Below, piece by piece: positions 42,194-51,630 of a DNA stretch of 64,000 nucleotides (positions within the stretch are counted from its first letter, which is position 1; the number at the start of each line of letters is the position of its first letter). A model generated the notes under the pieces. That model had not been told where the DNA came from. It ran no database searches and saw nothing but the letters and a program-made list of their open reading frames with translations. Source of the stretch: an uncultured Gemmatimonadales bacterium (GTDB lineage Bacteria > Gemmatimonadota > Gemmatimonadetes > Gemmatimonadales > GWC2-71-9); assembly GCA_963828735.1 (NCBI GenBank), contig CAWHFW010000005.1, positions 704,001-768,000 of the forward strand. Direction: 5' to 3'. The position numbers and the translations under genes are program-made.

Positions 42194-42298
42194 TCACAGA
42201 ACACCCACCAGCGTATAAAAGACGATCATCGCCGCACCCATTGCGGCCGCAAGGATCCCCTGCTGGCGGAACGTGAGCGGCGGGGGATCCTGTTTCAT
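42194..42298 (-). CDS. 34 aa hydrophobic peptide, copy 2
   Basis: MKQDPPPLTFRQQGILAAAMGAAMIVFYTLVGVL*; GGAGGA RBS. Confidence 0.7.
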   Translation of the reverse strand: MKQDPPPLTFRQQGILAAAMGAAMIVFYTLVGVL

Positions 42299-42369
42299 AA
42301 ATCCTCCAAAGCTAATGTGATGGCTGTGGCGGCTGATCGTGCCGCCACGCGAAAAGGATCCTCGATCCG

Positions 42370-42422
42370 TTAGGCAGCAAGGCGCGTCACCGAGTCGATA
42401 GACCCTCGTAGTGCTTCTTCAT
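42370..42422 (-). pseudogene. Internally deleted copy of the 55 aa small ORF
   Basis: MKKHYEGL joined directly to the 3' end of the 36234-36401 sequence. Confidence 0.6.
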
Positions 42423-42502
42423 CGTCGTTCTCCTGGTTGGCCTGTTTCCTTTATGTTTCTCTGACTTCCCTCACCATCTGGACTCCGGGCGCTTACCCAT
42501 CA

Positions 42503-43483
42503 TCAGCAAACCTTCTGCAGAACCTGTGGCTGGTGGTCAATGTCGGCCGGAAGCAGCTCCAGGACGCCCTCAGGCACGGGCTGTCTCTCGTCGCTTTCCC
42601 CGCGACCGAGGCCGACTGCGGTTCTCCACGCGCCCGGGGTCAGGCCGTACACCCCCTTGAACTTGCGGCTCAGATGGCTTTGGTCGGCGAAGCCACACTC
42701 GTTCGCCACCGTTGCTACCGATAGACCACAGGAGAGCAGCTCGACTGCACGGGCGAGCCGCAGCCGCAGGTGATACGCGTGCGGTGGCAAGCCGAATTCG
42801 AGGTGAAACGCTCGAATAAAATGCGACTCCGTGAGGCCGATCATCTCGGCCAAAGCCGCCGTCGGGATCAGCTCGGCAAGGTGGGCATGGAGGTGCCGGC
42901 GCACGGGAGCGAGCGACCTGCCGCAGGAACGGGCATGTCCCAGCGGCGCGCTGCGTGCGAACAGGCCTTCGAGTAGCGATCGAGGGATGGCTTCGTGGCC
43001 GACCAAGCCCACCGGACGCTGCAACTGGCCAATGAGCGCCGCCAGCTGTGCAACACACTCCTGGTCAGTGACGAGTGCCGGCCGGTCAGGAACAGCAAGT
43101 CCCTCCAGGTCAGCCGCTTCGAGAAGCAAGGTCACCGGCCCCCGGTCGGGGTCGCCCTGGGCCCGCAACGCGCAGAGCTGTAATCGAGGTAGGAGCAGGA
43201 TTTGGTTCCGGTCCGCGGCGAAGCCCCTGCTCGATTCCACCGTGACGAAGGCGGGTGAGCGAAGGAGCTCGATTGCGAATCGGCTGTGGATCCGCGGTGC
43301 GACATCCCCCGGGGCGTCCTCCAGGCAAAGGAGATGGGCGACCTGCTCGGGGAACGGGCGCCACACCCGAGACCGCTCAGCCACCCGTAGCGCATCCGGT
43401 GCGAGGCTCGAGCACGCGTGGTCTATCCGCATGGTGGTCTGCATCGTGATCTGCTCGGACACTCGCGCCATCACATCCTCCAA
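42503..43483 (-). CDS. AraC family transcriptional regulator
   Basis: HFIRAF..GLPPHAY, VANECGFADQSHLSRKFK..GLTPG; start may be 43471. Confidence 0.88.
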   Translation of the reverse strand: MEDVMARVSEQITMQTTMRIDHACSSLAPDALRVAERSRVWRPFPEQVAHLLCLEDAPGDVAPRIHSRFAIELLRSPAFVTVESSRGFAADRNQILLLPRLQLCALRAQGDPDRGPVTLLLEAADLEGLAVPDRPALVTDQECVAQLAALIGQLQRPVGLVGHEAIPRSLLEGLFARSAPLGHARSCGRSLAPVRRHLHAHLAELIPTAALAEMIGLTESHFIRAFHLEFGLPPHAYHLRLRLARAVELLSCGLSVATVANECGFADQSHLSRKFKGVYGLTPGAWRTAVGLGRGESDERQPVPEGVLELLPADIDHQPQVLQKVC

Positions 43484-43516
43484 TGGGCTTGATGAGCAAC
43501 AGCAGCGGGCGAGGTC

Positions 43517-43702
43517 TCAGGCTGCCGGCCTGACGTCCCCGTAGCCGAACTCGCTCACGTACTTCCGGAGCTGGAGAGCGGATTTCTTGAATCCCGCCAG
43601 CTCGGCGAAAGCTTCCCGCTCGAACTCCTGCCGGGTGTATTCGTCGATCGCCTCGCGCTCCGCTTCGGGAGCATCGTTCCATCCGTTGTAATCGGCCGTC
43701 AT
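43517..43702 (-). CDS. Small hypothetical protein
   Basis: 61 aa with GAGGGA RBS, directly behind regulatory module copy 2. Confidence 0.5.
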   Translation of the reverse strand: MTADYNGWNDAPEAEREAIDEYTRQEFEREAFAELAGFKKSALQLRKYVSEFGYGDVRPAA

Positions 43703-43720
43703 GGGGACTTCCCTCACGCT

Positions 43721-43926
43721 GTCGTGACGGCGCATAGAATGCGACAGCGCGCGAGACGCCACAATGCGGCAAACGGCTAGAAGTCGGTACGACTTTTTTT
43801 GGCAGTGGCTACGACTTTTGGCGGCGAGACAACCGGCAAAACGTCATGGAGTGCTTGATGGGGGCAAGGCAGCGGCCGTTATCGTGAGGAGGCGCCCACA
43901 GATCGGGGTATAGAACGAAAGTTGTA
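43721..43926. promoter_or_regulatory. Repeated regulatory module, copy 2
   Basis: TACGACTTT at 43788 and 43810, inverted AAAGTTGTA at 43918. Confidence 0.65.
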
Positions 43927-43931
43927 GGCTC

Positions 43932-44040
43932 ATGCCGAAGGTGGAGGGAACCAAGGTCGCCGAGCGGATCCGGCGGAACTTTCCCGAGGCGGTGCTGGTG
44001 GTCTTGACCACGTTCGACACCGACGACGACATCGATCGCG
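43932..44040 (+). pseudogene. Internal fragment of the NarL-type response regulator
   Basis: MPKVEGT...LTTFDTDDDIDR, near-identical to 44769-44877. Confidence 0.8.
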
Positions 44041-44092
44041 GGAGCGCGGGGCGGTCAGATCGTGACACTGACCGCGCCCCAGAGGCGCCCCG

Positions 44093-44275
44093 TCACTCCT
44101 CCGCCGGGCTCCAGCTCGCGATCACCTCGGTGCTTGCCTCAGGCCCGGTGAGGAAGGTACGCGCGACGCCGGCGCGAGTTGCTCGCTCCAGGCGTCTCAG
44201 GATTTGGAGCTGCGCCAGGATAATAGACTGTTCCAGGTTTGCGGCCGCCGGTAGACCCTCGTAATGCTTTTCCAT
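44093..44275 (-). pseudogene. Chimera: small-ORF N-terminus fused to HATPase tail
   Basis: MEKHYEGLPAAANLEQSI...RAGVARTFLTGPEASTEVIASWSP. Confidence 0.55.
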
Positions 44276-44369
44276 CTTGACCCTCCTGGCCGGCATGGCC
44301 GGCCTTCATTGTTTATATCCCGAGTTCCCGTCACCGTCTGGAGTCAGCTGCCGTTACTCGAGTACAAGG

Positions 44370-44483
44370 TGCGACGGACCGCGAGGCGAGACAATTCAGC
44401 AAACGGCTACAAGTGGCTATGACTTTCGTCGGCGCATCCCTCGGCAAAAGGTCAACCCGGAGGTGCATAGTGCGAAAGTCGTA
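44370..44483. promoter_or_regulatory. Repeated regulatory module, copy 3
   Basis: CAGCAAACGGCTA, TATGACTTT at 44418, inverted AAAGTCGTA at 44475. Confidence 0.55.
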
Positions 44484-44588
44484 GGCGCGACCTGTCCTTC
44501 GGCTGATGGACTGGGCTCCCAGACGGCGATAGGTTGGCTCTAGGCCCCGCGTGTCTTGCGGCCGGCGAGAAAGTCCTGAGGTGAGATC

Positions 44589-45218
44589 TTGGCGAGCGTA
44601 CCCATTCGAGTCCTCCTGGCCGACGACCACGCCATCATCCGAAACGGCGTAGCCCTGATCCTGGACGAGCAGCCCGACATTGAGGTCGTCGCCCAGGCAG
44701 AGGACGGTGAATCGGCCATCGTGCTGTATCGGCAGGAACGCCCTAACGTGGCACTGCTGGATCTCCGGATGCCGAAGGTGGAGGGGACCCAGGTCGTCGA
44801 GCGGATCCGGCGGGAGTTTCCCGAGGCGGTGCTGGTAGTCCTGACCACGTTCGACACCGACGACGACATCGATCGCGCGCTGCTCGCGGGAGCTAAGGGT
44901 TACTTGCTGAAGGATGTGACCCCGGGAGATCTAGTAGCCTGCGTGCGTACGGTGCACGGCGGCGGCACCTGGGTCTCACCCACTGTCGCGTCGAAGCTGG
45001 TGGCGCGGATGACCCGGGTGCAGATCACGCCGCAGGAAATGCGCGTGCTTCGCCAGGTGGCCGAAGGAATGTCCAACCGGGAGGTCGGCGAGACCCTGTT
45101 CATCAGCGAGGCCACCGTCAAGATCCATCTCAGCCATCTCTTTGAGAAGCTCGGTGCGAGCAGTCGGACCGATGCGGTCGCCAAGGCGGTGGAGCGGGGC
45201 CTGATCCGCATGGGGTGA
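44589..45218 (+). CDS. NarL/FixJ family response regulator
   Basis: REC + LuxR HTH; TTG start after GAGGTG. Confidence 0.92.
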   Translation: MASVPIRVLLADDHAIIRNGVALILDEQPDIEVVAQAEDGESAIVLYRQERPNVALLDLRMPKVEGTQVVERIRREFPEAVLVVLTTFDTDDDIDRALLAGAKGYLLKDVTPGDLVACVRTVHGGGTWVSPTVASKLVARMTRVQITPQEMRVLRQVAEGMSNREVGETLFISEATVKIHLSHLFEKLGASSRTDAVAKAVERGLIRMG

Positions 45219-45267
45219 CATCGGTCGCTGACCGCTCGACACGCCCGCGTCCGGGGAGCATTAAGGA

Positions 45268-46524
45268 GTGCCAGTCCATACTGATCCAGCAGCGCCTCCG
45301 GTGAAGAGCATCAAAGGGGTTGCGCCGTGGTTCACGTTCGGCGGCGGCCAGCAGCGTGCGCGGACGGAGCGCGACGGGGCCGCCCACAGGGTGTGGTACC
45401 GCGCCGTCCGCTACCTCCTCTCCGCCCTGTGCGTCGCCGCGGCGCTCGCCGTCAGGTTGATCCTTCAGCGCCTCGGTGTCGTCGGTGCCAGCGAGATGAG
45501 GATGACGCTTTTCCTCTATGCGATCGCGGTGAGCGGCTGGTATTTGGGCACCGGGCCCGGAATCGTTGCAGCCATACTCTCCGCTCTTGCGTACGACTAC
45601 TTCTTGGGCGATTCCCATCATTCCTTGCGCATCACGTCGGCCCAGGCCCCGTTCTACGTCGCGTTCGTGCTCTTCGCCGTCATCATCACACGGTTTACCG
45701 CCGTCCGGCGCCGCGTCGAGACAGAGCTCCTCCAATCGCGCGACGGGCTCCAGAAGGAGGTAATCGAGCGGCGGATGCGCGAGGACCAGATCCGTGAGCT
45801 CAACGGTCAGCTCGAGAAGAGAAGCGCCGAGCTGGAGGCGAGCAACAAGGAGCTGGAGGCCTTCGCCTACTCGATCTCGCACGACCTGCGGGCGCCGCTG
45901 CGCCACATGGTGGGTTTCTCAGAGCTGCTGCAGCAGCAGAAAATCACGGCTCTGGACGAGAAGAGCCGGTGGTACACGACGACCATCCTCGATGCCGCTA
46001 AGCGGATGGGCGCGCTCATCGACGACCTTCTCGCCTTCTCTCGGATCAGCCGTGCGGAGACGCGCGCGTCGACCATCAGCCTCCGGGACGTGGTGAACCA
46101 GGTGGTGGAGGAGATGCGCCCCGACATGGCCGGACGGACCGTCTCATGGCGCATCGGTGACCTGCCGGACCTGTACTGCGACCGCTCGATGCTGAGGATG
46201 GTGTTCGTGAACCTGCTCGCCAACGCGATCAAGTTCACCCGTCCGCGCGAGCTGGCCGAGGTCGAGATCGGGTCGCTCGAGGATGCTCGCGGTGTGGTGG
46301 TGTTCGTGCGGGACAACGGGGTGGGCTTTGATATGAAGTACTCGAACAAGCTGTTCCACGTCTTCCAGCGTCTTCACCGGAGCGAGGAGTTCGAGGGCAC
46401 CGGCATCGGCCTCGCGACGGTGCAGCGGATCATCCAGCGTCACGGCGGATCCGTCTGGGCGGAGGGCTCGGTGACCGGCGGCGCTACGTTCTTTCTCGCT
46501 TTTCCCCCGGCGCTGAGGCGCTGA
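45268..46524 (+). CDS. Membrane sensor histidine kinase (DUF4118-like + HisKA + HATPase)
   Basis: ELEAFAYSISHDLRAPLR, NLLANAIKF, FQRLH..EFEGTGIGL; start uncertain. Confidence 0.88.
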   Translation: MPVHTDPAAPPVKSIKGVAPWFTFGGGQQRARTERDGAAHRVWYRAVRYLLSALCVAAALAVRLILQRLGVVGASEMRMTLFLYAIAVSGWYLGTGPGIVAAILSALAYDYFLGDSHHSLRITSAQAPFYVAFVLFAVIITRFTAVRRRVETELLQSRDGLQKEVIERRMREDQIRELNGQLEKRSAELEASNKELEAFAYSISHDLRAPLRHMVGFSELLQQQKITALDEKSRWYTTTILDAAKRMGALIDDLLAFSRISRAETRASTISLRDVVNQVVEEMRPDMAGRTVSWRIGDLPDLYCDRSMLRMVFVNLLANAIKFTRPRELAEVEIGSLEDARGVVVFVRDNGVGFDMKYSNKLFHVFQRLHRSEEFEGTGIGLATVQRIIQRHGGSVWAEGSVTGGATFFLAFPPALRR

Positions 46525-46556
46525 TCCCGCAGCGCACGAGAACAGGAGAAGTCTGA

Positions 46557-47009
46557 ATGGACGGACTGCGGCGGATTCTGATGGTTGAGGACGATCCGAG
46601 AGACGTGGAGTTGACCTTGACGGCGCTGGAGCAGTACAACCTGGCGAACGAGGTCGTGGTCGCGGGTGACGGGGAAGAGGCGCTCGACTACCTCTATCAG
46701 CGCGGCAAGTTCAAGGCGCGCGCGAATGGGAACCCCGCCGTCCTGCTGCTGGACCTCAAGCTGCCCAAGGTCGACGGGCTCGAGGTCCTGCAGCAGATCA
46801 AGACGGATGAGCGATTGAAAATGATCCCCGTAGTGGTGCTCACCTCCTCGCGCGAGGAGCGCGACATGGTAACGAGCTACAAGCTCGGCGTGAATGCGTA
46901 CGTGGTCAAACCCGTTGATTTCCACGAGTTCGTGAACGCGGTCAAGGAGCTGGGGATCTTCTGGGCCCTCATCAACGAGCCGCCGCCGGGCAGCATCAAT
47001 CGGGCGTGA
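46557..47009 (+). CDS. Single-domain response regulator (Rcp1-like)
   Basis: [29 protein letters not shown]. Confidence 0.92.
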   Translation: MDGLRRILMVEDDPRDVELTLTALEQYNLANEVVVAGDGEEALDYLYQRGKFKARANGNPAVLLLDLKLPKVDGLEVLQQIKTDERLKMIPVVVLTSSREERDMVTSYKLGVNAYVVKPVDFHEFVNAVKELGIFWALINEPPPGSINRA

Positions 47010-47011
47010 TC

Positions 47012-49565
47012 ATGGATTGTCCTCTGCGCATCCTTCATCTCGAAGACAGTATCACCGACTCCGCCCTCACCGTCGAGATGCTGGAGGCAGGTGGCTTCAG
47101 CTGCCGAGTGACCCGGGTCGACACTCAGTCGGGATTCGCCGCCTTGCTCGAGGAGGGGAGCTGGGACCTCATCCTGGCCGACTACACCCTGCCCTCGTTC
47201 GATGGCCTGTCGGCTCTGCAGCTCGCGAGGGCGCGGCACCCCGAGGTGCCGTTCATCTTCGTCTCCGGGACGCTGGACGAGGAAGTTGCGATCGAGTCGC
47301 TGAAGGTCGGCGCGACCGACTACATCTTCAAAACGAAGATGTCGCGAATCGCCCCCTCCGTGCGTCGGGCACTTCGGGAGGCTGAAGACCGGGCGCGTCG
47401 CGCCGAGGCGGAGAAAGCCCTGAGGCGGAGCGAGTCGTACCTCGTCGAGGCGCAGAGGCTCAGCCATACCGGGAGCTTTGGCTGGAACCCGGTCAGCGGA
47501 ACGATCTACTGGTCGGAGGAGACGCATCGCATCTTCGGCATCGAACCCGGAACGCCACCGACACTTGAGCTGGTAGTCCAGCGCACACATCACGATGACA
47601 GGGAGGCCGTTCAGGCGACGATCGAGCGCGCGCAGAGAGACGGGCTGGACTTCGAACACAAGTACCGCCTGCTCATGCCCAACGGCTCCGTGAAGCATCT
47701 CCATGTCGTCGCCCACGCCGTCTCGGATGACGGAGGCCGCCGCGAGTTCGTCGGAGCGGTCATGGACGTCACGGAGCGCCAGCGCGCCGAAGAAGAGCTC
47801 CGCGAGAGCGAGACCCGTTTCCGCACCTTCGTGGACCACGCGACGGACGCGTTCTTTCTGCATGACGACCAGCTGCTCGTGATCGACGTGAACCGCCAGG
47901 CCTGCGTCGGCCTCGGCTATTCCCGCGACGAGTTGATCGGCATGTATCCCCTGGATTTCGACGTTGGTCTGGACGAGGCGATGGTCGGGCAGCTGGCGGA
48001 TCGATTCGCCTCTGGCGAAAACGTCACCTTCGAGAGTCTCCACCGCCGGAAAGATGGGACTGTGTTTCCGGTCGAGGTCCGCATCGGCCGGTTCCAGCGG
48101 GGGGGTCGGCTCTACGGCCTCTCGCTGGTGCGCGACATCACCGAGCGCAAGCGGACAGAGGCCGAGTTGTCGGAGATGAGAGAGCGGTACCGCGTTCTTA
48201 CTGAATCCTCACTTACTGGTATCTATCTCACCGAAGGGACCCGCTTCGTCTACGTGAACCCCGCGATGGCGAAGATGTTCGGCTATACCGTGGAGGAGCT
48301 GCTGGGCGGAGGGAGTGGCTCGCTCGATCTGACGTGCCCCGAAGACCGCCACCTGGTGGCGGAAAACATGCGACGTCGGCTCGATGCCGAGGTGGACGAG
48401 CTTCGCTACGAGTTTCGAGGACTGCGGAAGGACGGCTCCGTGTTCCCGGTCGAAGTGCATGGTCGGCGGGTCGAGCTGGGCGGCAAGGTCGGCGTACTGG
48501 GAACCCTGATCGACAACACCGAGCGCAAACGAGCTGAGGAGGAGCTCCGCGAAGCCGACATCCGCTTCCGTGCCTTCATCGACCACGTCAGCGACGCCTT
48601 CACCGTGCACGACGAATCCGGCACTATCGTCGACGCCAACCGGCAGGCCGGCGAGAATCTGGGCTACACCCGCGAGGAGCTGATCGGCATGCATCCCCGC
48701 GGTTTCGATCCCAGCTTCGCCGCGGACGAGGCGCTGATCCGGGACATCAACCAGCGGCTGGCAGCCGGGGAAACCTTCGCGTTCGAGACCATACACCGGC
48801 GCAAGGATGGAACGCTCTTCCCCGCCGAGGTTCGCATGCGCCCCTTCCGGCATGGCGGCCGGGCATTCGGTCTGGTGCTGACCCGAGATATCACGGAACG
48901 TAAGCTAGCAGAGGAGGAGCGCGAGCGGGCGCGCCGGCTGGAACTCGAGCAGCAATCCGCCATCACGGCCGAGCGGACTCGGCTAGCGGGAGAGATCCAC
49001 GACACTCTGGCGCAGGGACTGGCCATGATCGTGATGCAGCTCGCCGATGCGGAAGCCAAGCTGGGACCCGCGTGGGCTCGCGCGGAGAGGCCGCTGGCCT
49101 TGGTCCGGGAGCTGGCAGTGGAGAGCCTGGCCTACGCCCGACGCTCGGTCACCATGTTGCAGCCCAGCGCGCCGGCGGCCGGACTGGCCCGGGCGATCCG
49201 CGACGTGGTCGACAGCGGGCGACGGCACTTCGACGGTACGCCTGAACCTTGCCGTCTCCGGCAATGCGGTGCTGCTTCCCGCGTCAGTGGAATCGGCACT
49301 GGCCGGCATCGCCCAGGAGGCGCTGACCAACGCGACCCGCCACAGCGCGGCGCCGCAGGTCGAGGTGGAGCTCGCCTTTCAAGATGGAGGAGCAGTCCGG
49401 CTCGCGGTGGCGGATAACGGGGTCGGCTTCGACCTCGAGAACGTCCGTTCCGATGGCTATGGGCTGACCAGTATGCAAGACCGCGCGGCCCGGGCCGGCG
49501 TCGCCCTCACCTTCGTGACCGAGCCAGGCGCCGGAACGGAGGTGGTGGCCAGCTGGTCCCCGTGA
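47012..49565 (+). CDS. REC-PASx4-HisKA_3 histidine kinase, frameshift near 49241
   Basis: N-terminal REC, four PAS/PAC units, ERTRLAGEIHDTLAQG; HATPase in the next frame. Confidence 0.85.
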
Positions 49566-49623
49566 CGGCGGCGGCGCCGACCAGAGCGCCACAAACATTA
49601 CTCACACAGCCCGCAGATAGGAA

Positions 49624-49698
49624 AAGCCCAACATGACCTAGGTCATTGTCGGGCTTCATTGCCCCTCCTGGGGTCGAATTAGGGCTCTCCTGATCCAG
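49624..49698 (-). repeat. Degenerate tRNA-Gln 3' half + palindromic hairpin (42 bp repeat copy 2)
   Basis: CTGGATCAGGAGAG...CCAGGAGGGGCAA at 49659-49698; 49624-49665 matches 20652-20693. Confidence 0.8.
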
Positions 49699-50115
49699 CA
49701 TCAGGAGATTTGCCGGGGGGTGCCTATGTTGCCGTTGAGAATGTCCAAGCCGGCGTCAGTCGGCACTGCCCAAGAGGTCGAACGAAGTACGACTCTCGTA
49801 GACGGCGCGTCTAGCCGAGTAACGCTTCCCGCCTAAATGGCTCAGGAAAATCAGCCGGTCCAGGGATTTTGTGCCGCGAATTTCTCGAGGGGTAACACGG
49901 CTAGGCGATAGGGGCGCTTGGGGGGTCAGGCAGGGTCTCTCACTGGGCTCCCCCTCGGGCTTCTGGCACCTTTGGCACCCCCGGGGTGCCGCTCAGAAAA
50001 CCGCCAGCCAGCGAGAAGACGCCGCGGTGCTCCCAGGTGGAGTCCAATTACAGTCTCGGAGTGCTGGCGGCACCAGAATTAGACCATCAAACTAGACCAC
50101 GAAAAGCTAAGGCTA

Positions 50116-50188
50116 TGAGGGCGGTGGGGCTCGAACCCACGACCTAGGGATTAAAAGTCCCTTGCTCTACCAGCTGAGCTACGCCCCC
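50116..50188 (-). tRNA. tRNA-Lys(UUU)
   Basis: Full cloverleaf GGGGGCG TA GCTC AGCTGGTA GAGC A AGGGA CTTTTAA TCCCT AGGTC GTGGG TTCGAGC CCCAC CGCCCTC A; CCA not encoded. Confidence 0.97.
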
Positions 50189-50625
50189 GTGATCGAGGAA
50201 ACCTCTTCGGACTGGAGCGCTTGCACAAGCCAGCCCACTCCCTCGCGCTCCCGCATCCCCGCCACTGGTGGCAAAAATGAGGGCACTTCTGTTCGGGGCT
50301 TATGCGGACAGCGCCGCCCGCCGCCGTTGCCCACCGCCCTGATAGACTTAAGCTCATCTGACGCTTCGCAATTGTACCCAAAATGTAGCGTTCTAAATGG
50401 GAGCGCCCATGGATCTGACGACCCTGGCCTACCGCGCGCCCCGGGTATCGTGTGCAGCTCAGCCAGTGCTGTTGCCGGGCCCCTAAACACATTTTCATCT
50501 GCCGTTCACGCTCGCTTCGGGGCCCGGACGTACTGTTCACGGGTGCACACTGTCCCCGTCGCCTCTGCTGTGAAAGGCGGCGCCATGTTGCGACTTCACG
50601 CTGCCGCCGTCTCTCACCGGAGCGC

Positions 50626-51126
50626 ATGATGCGACACCTCATCGCTGGCACTGTCCTTCTCCTCCTCGGTTGTGACGCGGGATCCGTCGCGGCCCCCGAG
50701 CCCCCGGCCTTTAAGACCGACCGGGTCAGCTCCCTCCAGTACACCATTCCGCTCAACACGGCCGTGTTTGTGCCCTGCGCGAACGACAATCAGGGCGAGA
50801 TGGTGGTGATCGAGGGAACCCAGACCTGGAATTTCTTCGTGAACGCAGGGCCGGACGACACGCTGCAACGGGTGCGCATACGGATGGACGGCGTCGGGAC
50901 CGGCGAAGTGACCGGCGCCACCTGGGACCTGCGCCATATCGAAAAGGACATCTGGCACCGAACCGCCGAGGGCCGTTATAGCGACCACTGGACCGCCCTC
51001 GCATTCCTGCGGGGCGAGGGTAGCGCGCCGGACTTCCATACGCAGTTCATGCAATTCTATCGCGTGGACCAGGCCGGGAACCTGCTCCCGGGGGGGATCC
51101 AGCGCAACGTGGCCACCTGCCGGTGA
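50626..51126 (+). CDS. Hypothetical lipoprotein
   Basis: MMRHLIAGTVLLLLGC lipobox; GGAG RBS. Confidence 0.65.
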   Translation: MMRHLIAGTVLLLLGCDAGSVAAPEPPAFKTDRVSSLQYTIPLNTAVFVPCANDNQGEMVVIEGTQTWNFFVNAGPDDTLQRVRIRMDGVGTGEVTGATWDLRHIEKDIWHRTAEGRYSDHWTALAFLRGEGSAPDFHTQFMQFYRVDQAGNLLPGGIQRNVATCR

Positions 51127-51322
51127 CGACGGTGGCGGCGGGCAGGCGGAGCGTCTCAGCTCATTGCGCCACCGGTTGCACTACAGACCCCACCGCATGC
51201 CGGTAGATCGCGGGCTATCCCGCGAGTACGCCCCTCGGAGAGCCCGCCAGGTCCGAGGGGCAACGTCTGCAGGAACAGACGTGGTCTCTCCGCAGCCGCA
51301 TTCACAGTAGCTCATTGTTCCC

Positions 51323-51630
51323 TCATGCTGGTTTGAGGCCCCGCCGGGCTGCCTCCACTCTCGCCGCCGTCTCCCGGTCCCCCTGCCCCACCATGTGCGC
51401 CGCGATCGCCGCGGCATCTTCGTCCGGATAGGCCTCCGGGACGTGCTTCATGTAACGGAGGGTCATCGTGGCAGTCGCGTGGCCTAGCAGCTTCTGAAGG
51501 CGCACAATCGGGACGCCTGCCATTGCAGCGTGAACGGCGAACGTGTGTCTCGCGTCATGGGGCGTGGCGCCAGCGATCCCGGCGGCCTTGCACGCGCCAT
51601 CCCAAGCGCGCGTGTCGCCCGTGCCAGGGA
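51323..51630 (-). pseudogene. Tyrosine recombinase C-terminal remnant
   Basis: TPHDARHTFA...LQKLLGH....MTLRY (HxxR, H, Y); N-terminal part missing. Confidence 0.85.

Larger units (their letters stand above)
17009..50115. mobile_element. ~33 kb genomic island integrated at tRNA-Lys (no integrase seen inside)
   Basis: Bounded by the intact tRNA-Lys and its duplicated 3' half; mosaic cargo with gene fragments. Confidence 0.75.

Noticed and set aside
42363..42378. GATCCGTTAGGCAGC attC-like end
   Set aside because: TAGGCAGC is the stop region of the duplicated small ORF.
49960..49990. TGGCACC repeats as replication iterons
   Set aside because: Only two or three short copies and no rep gene.
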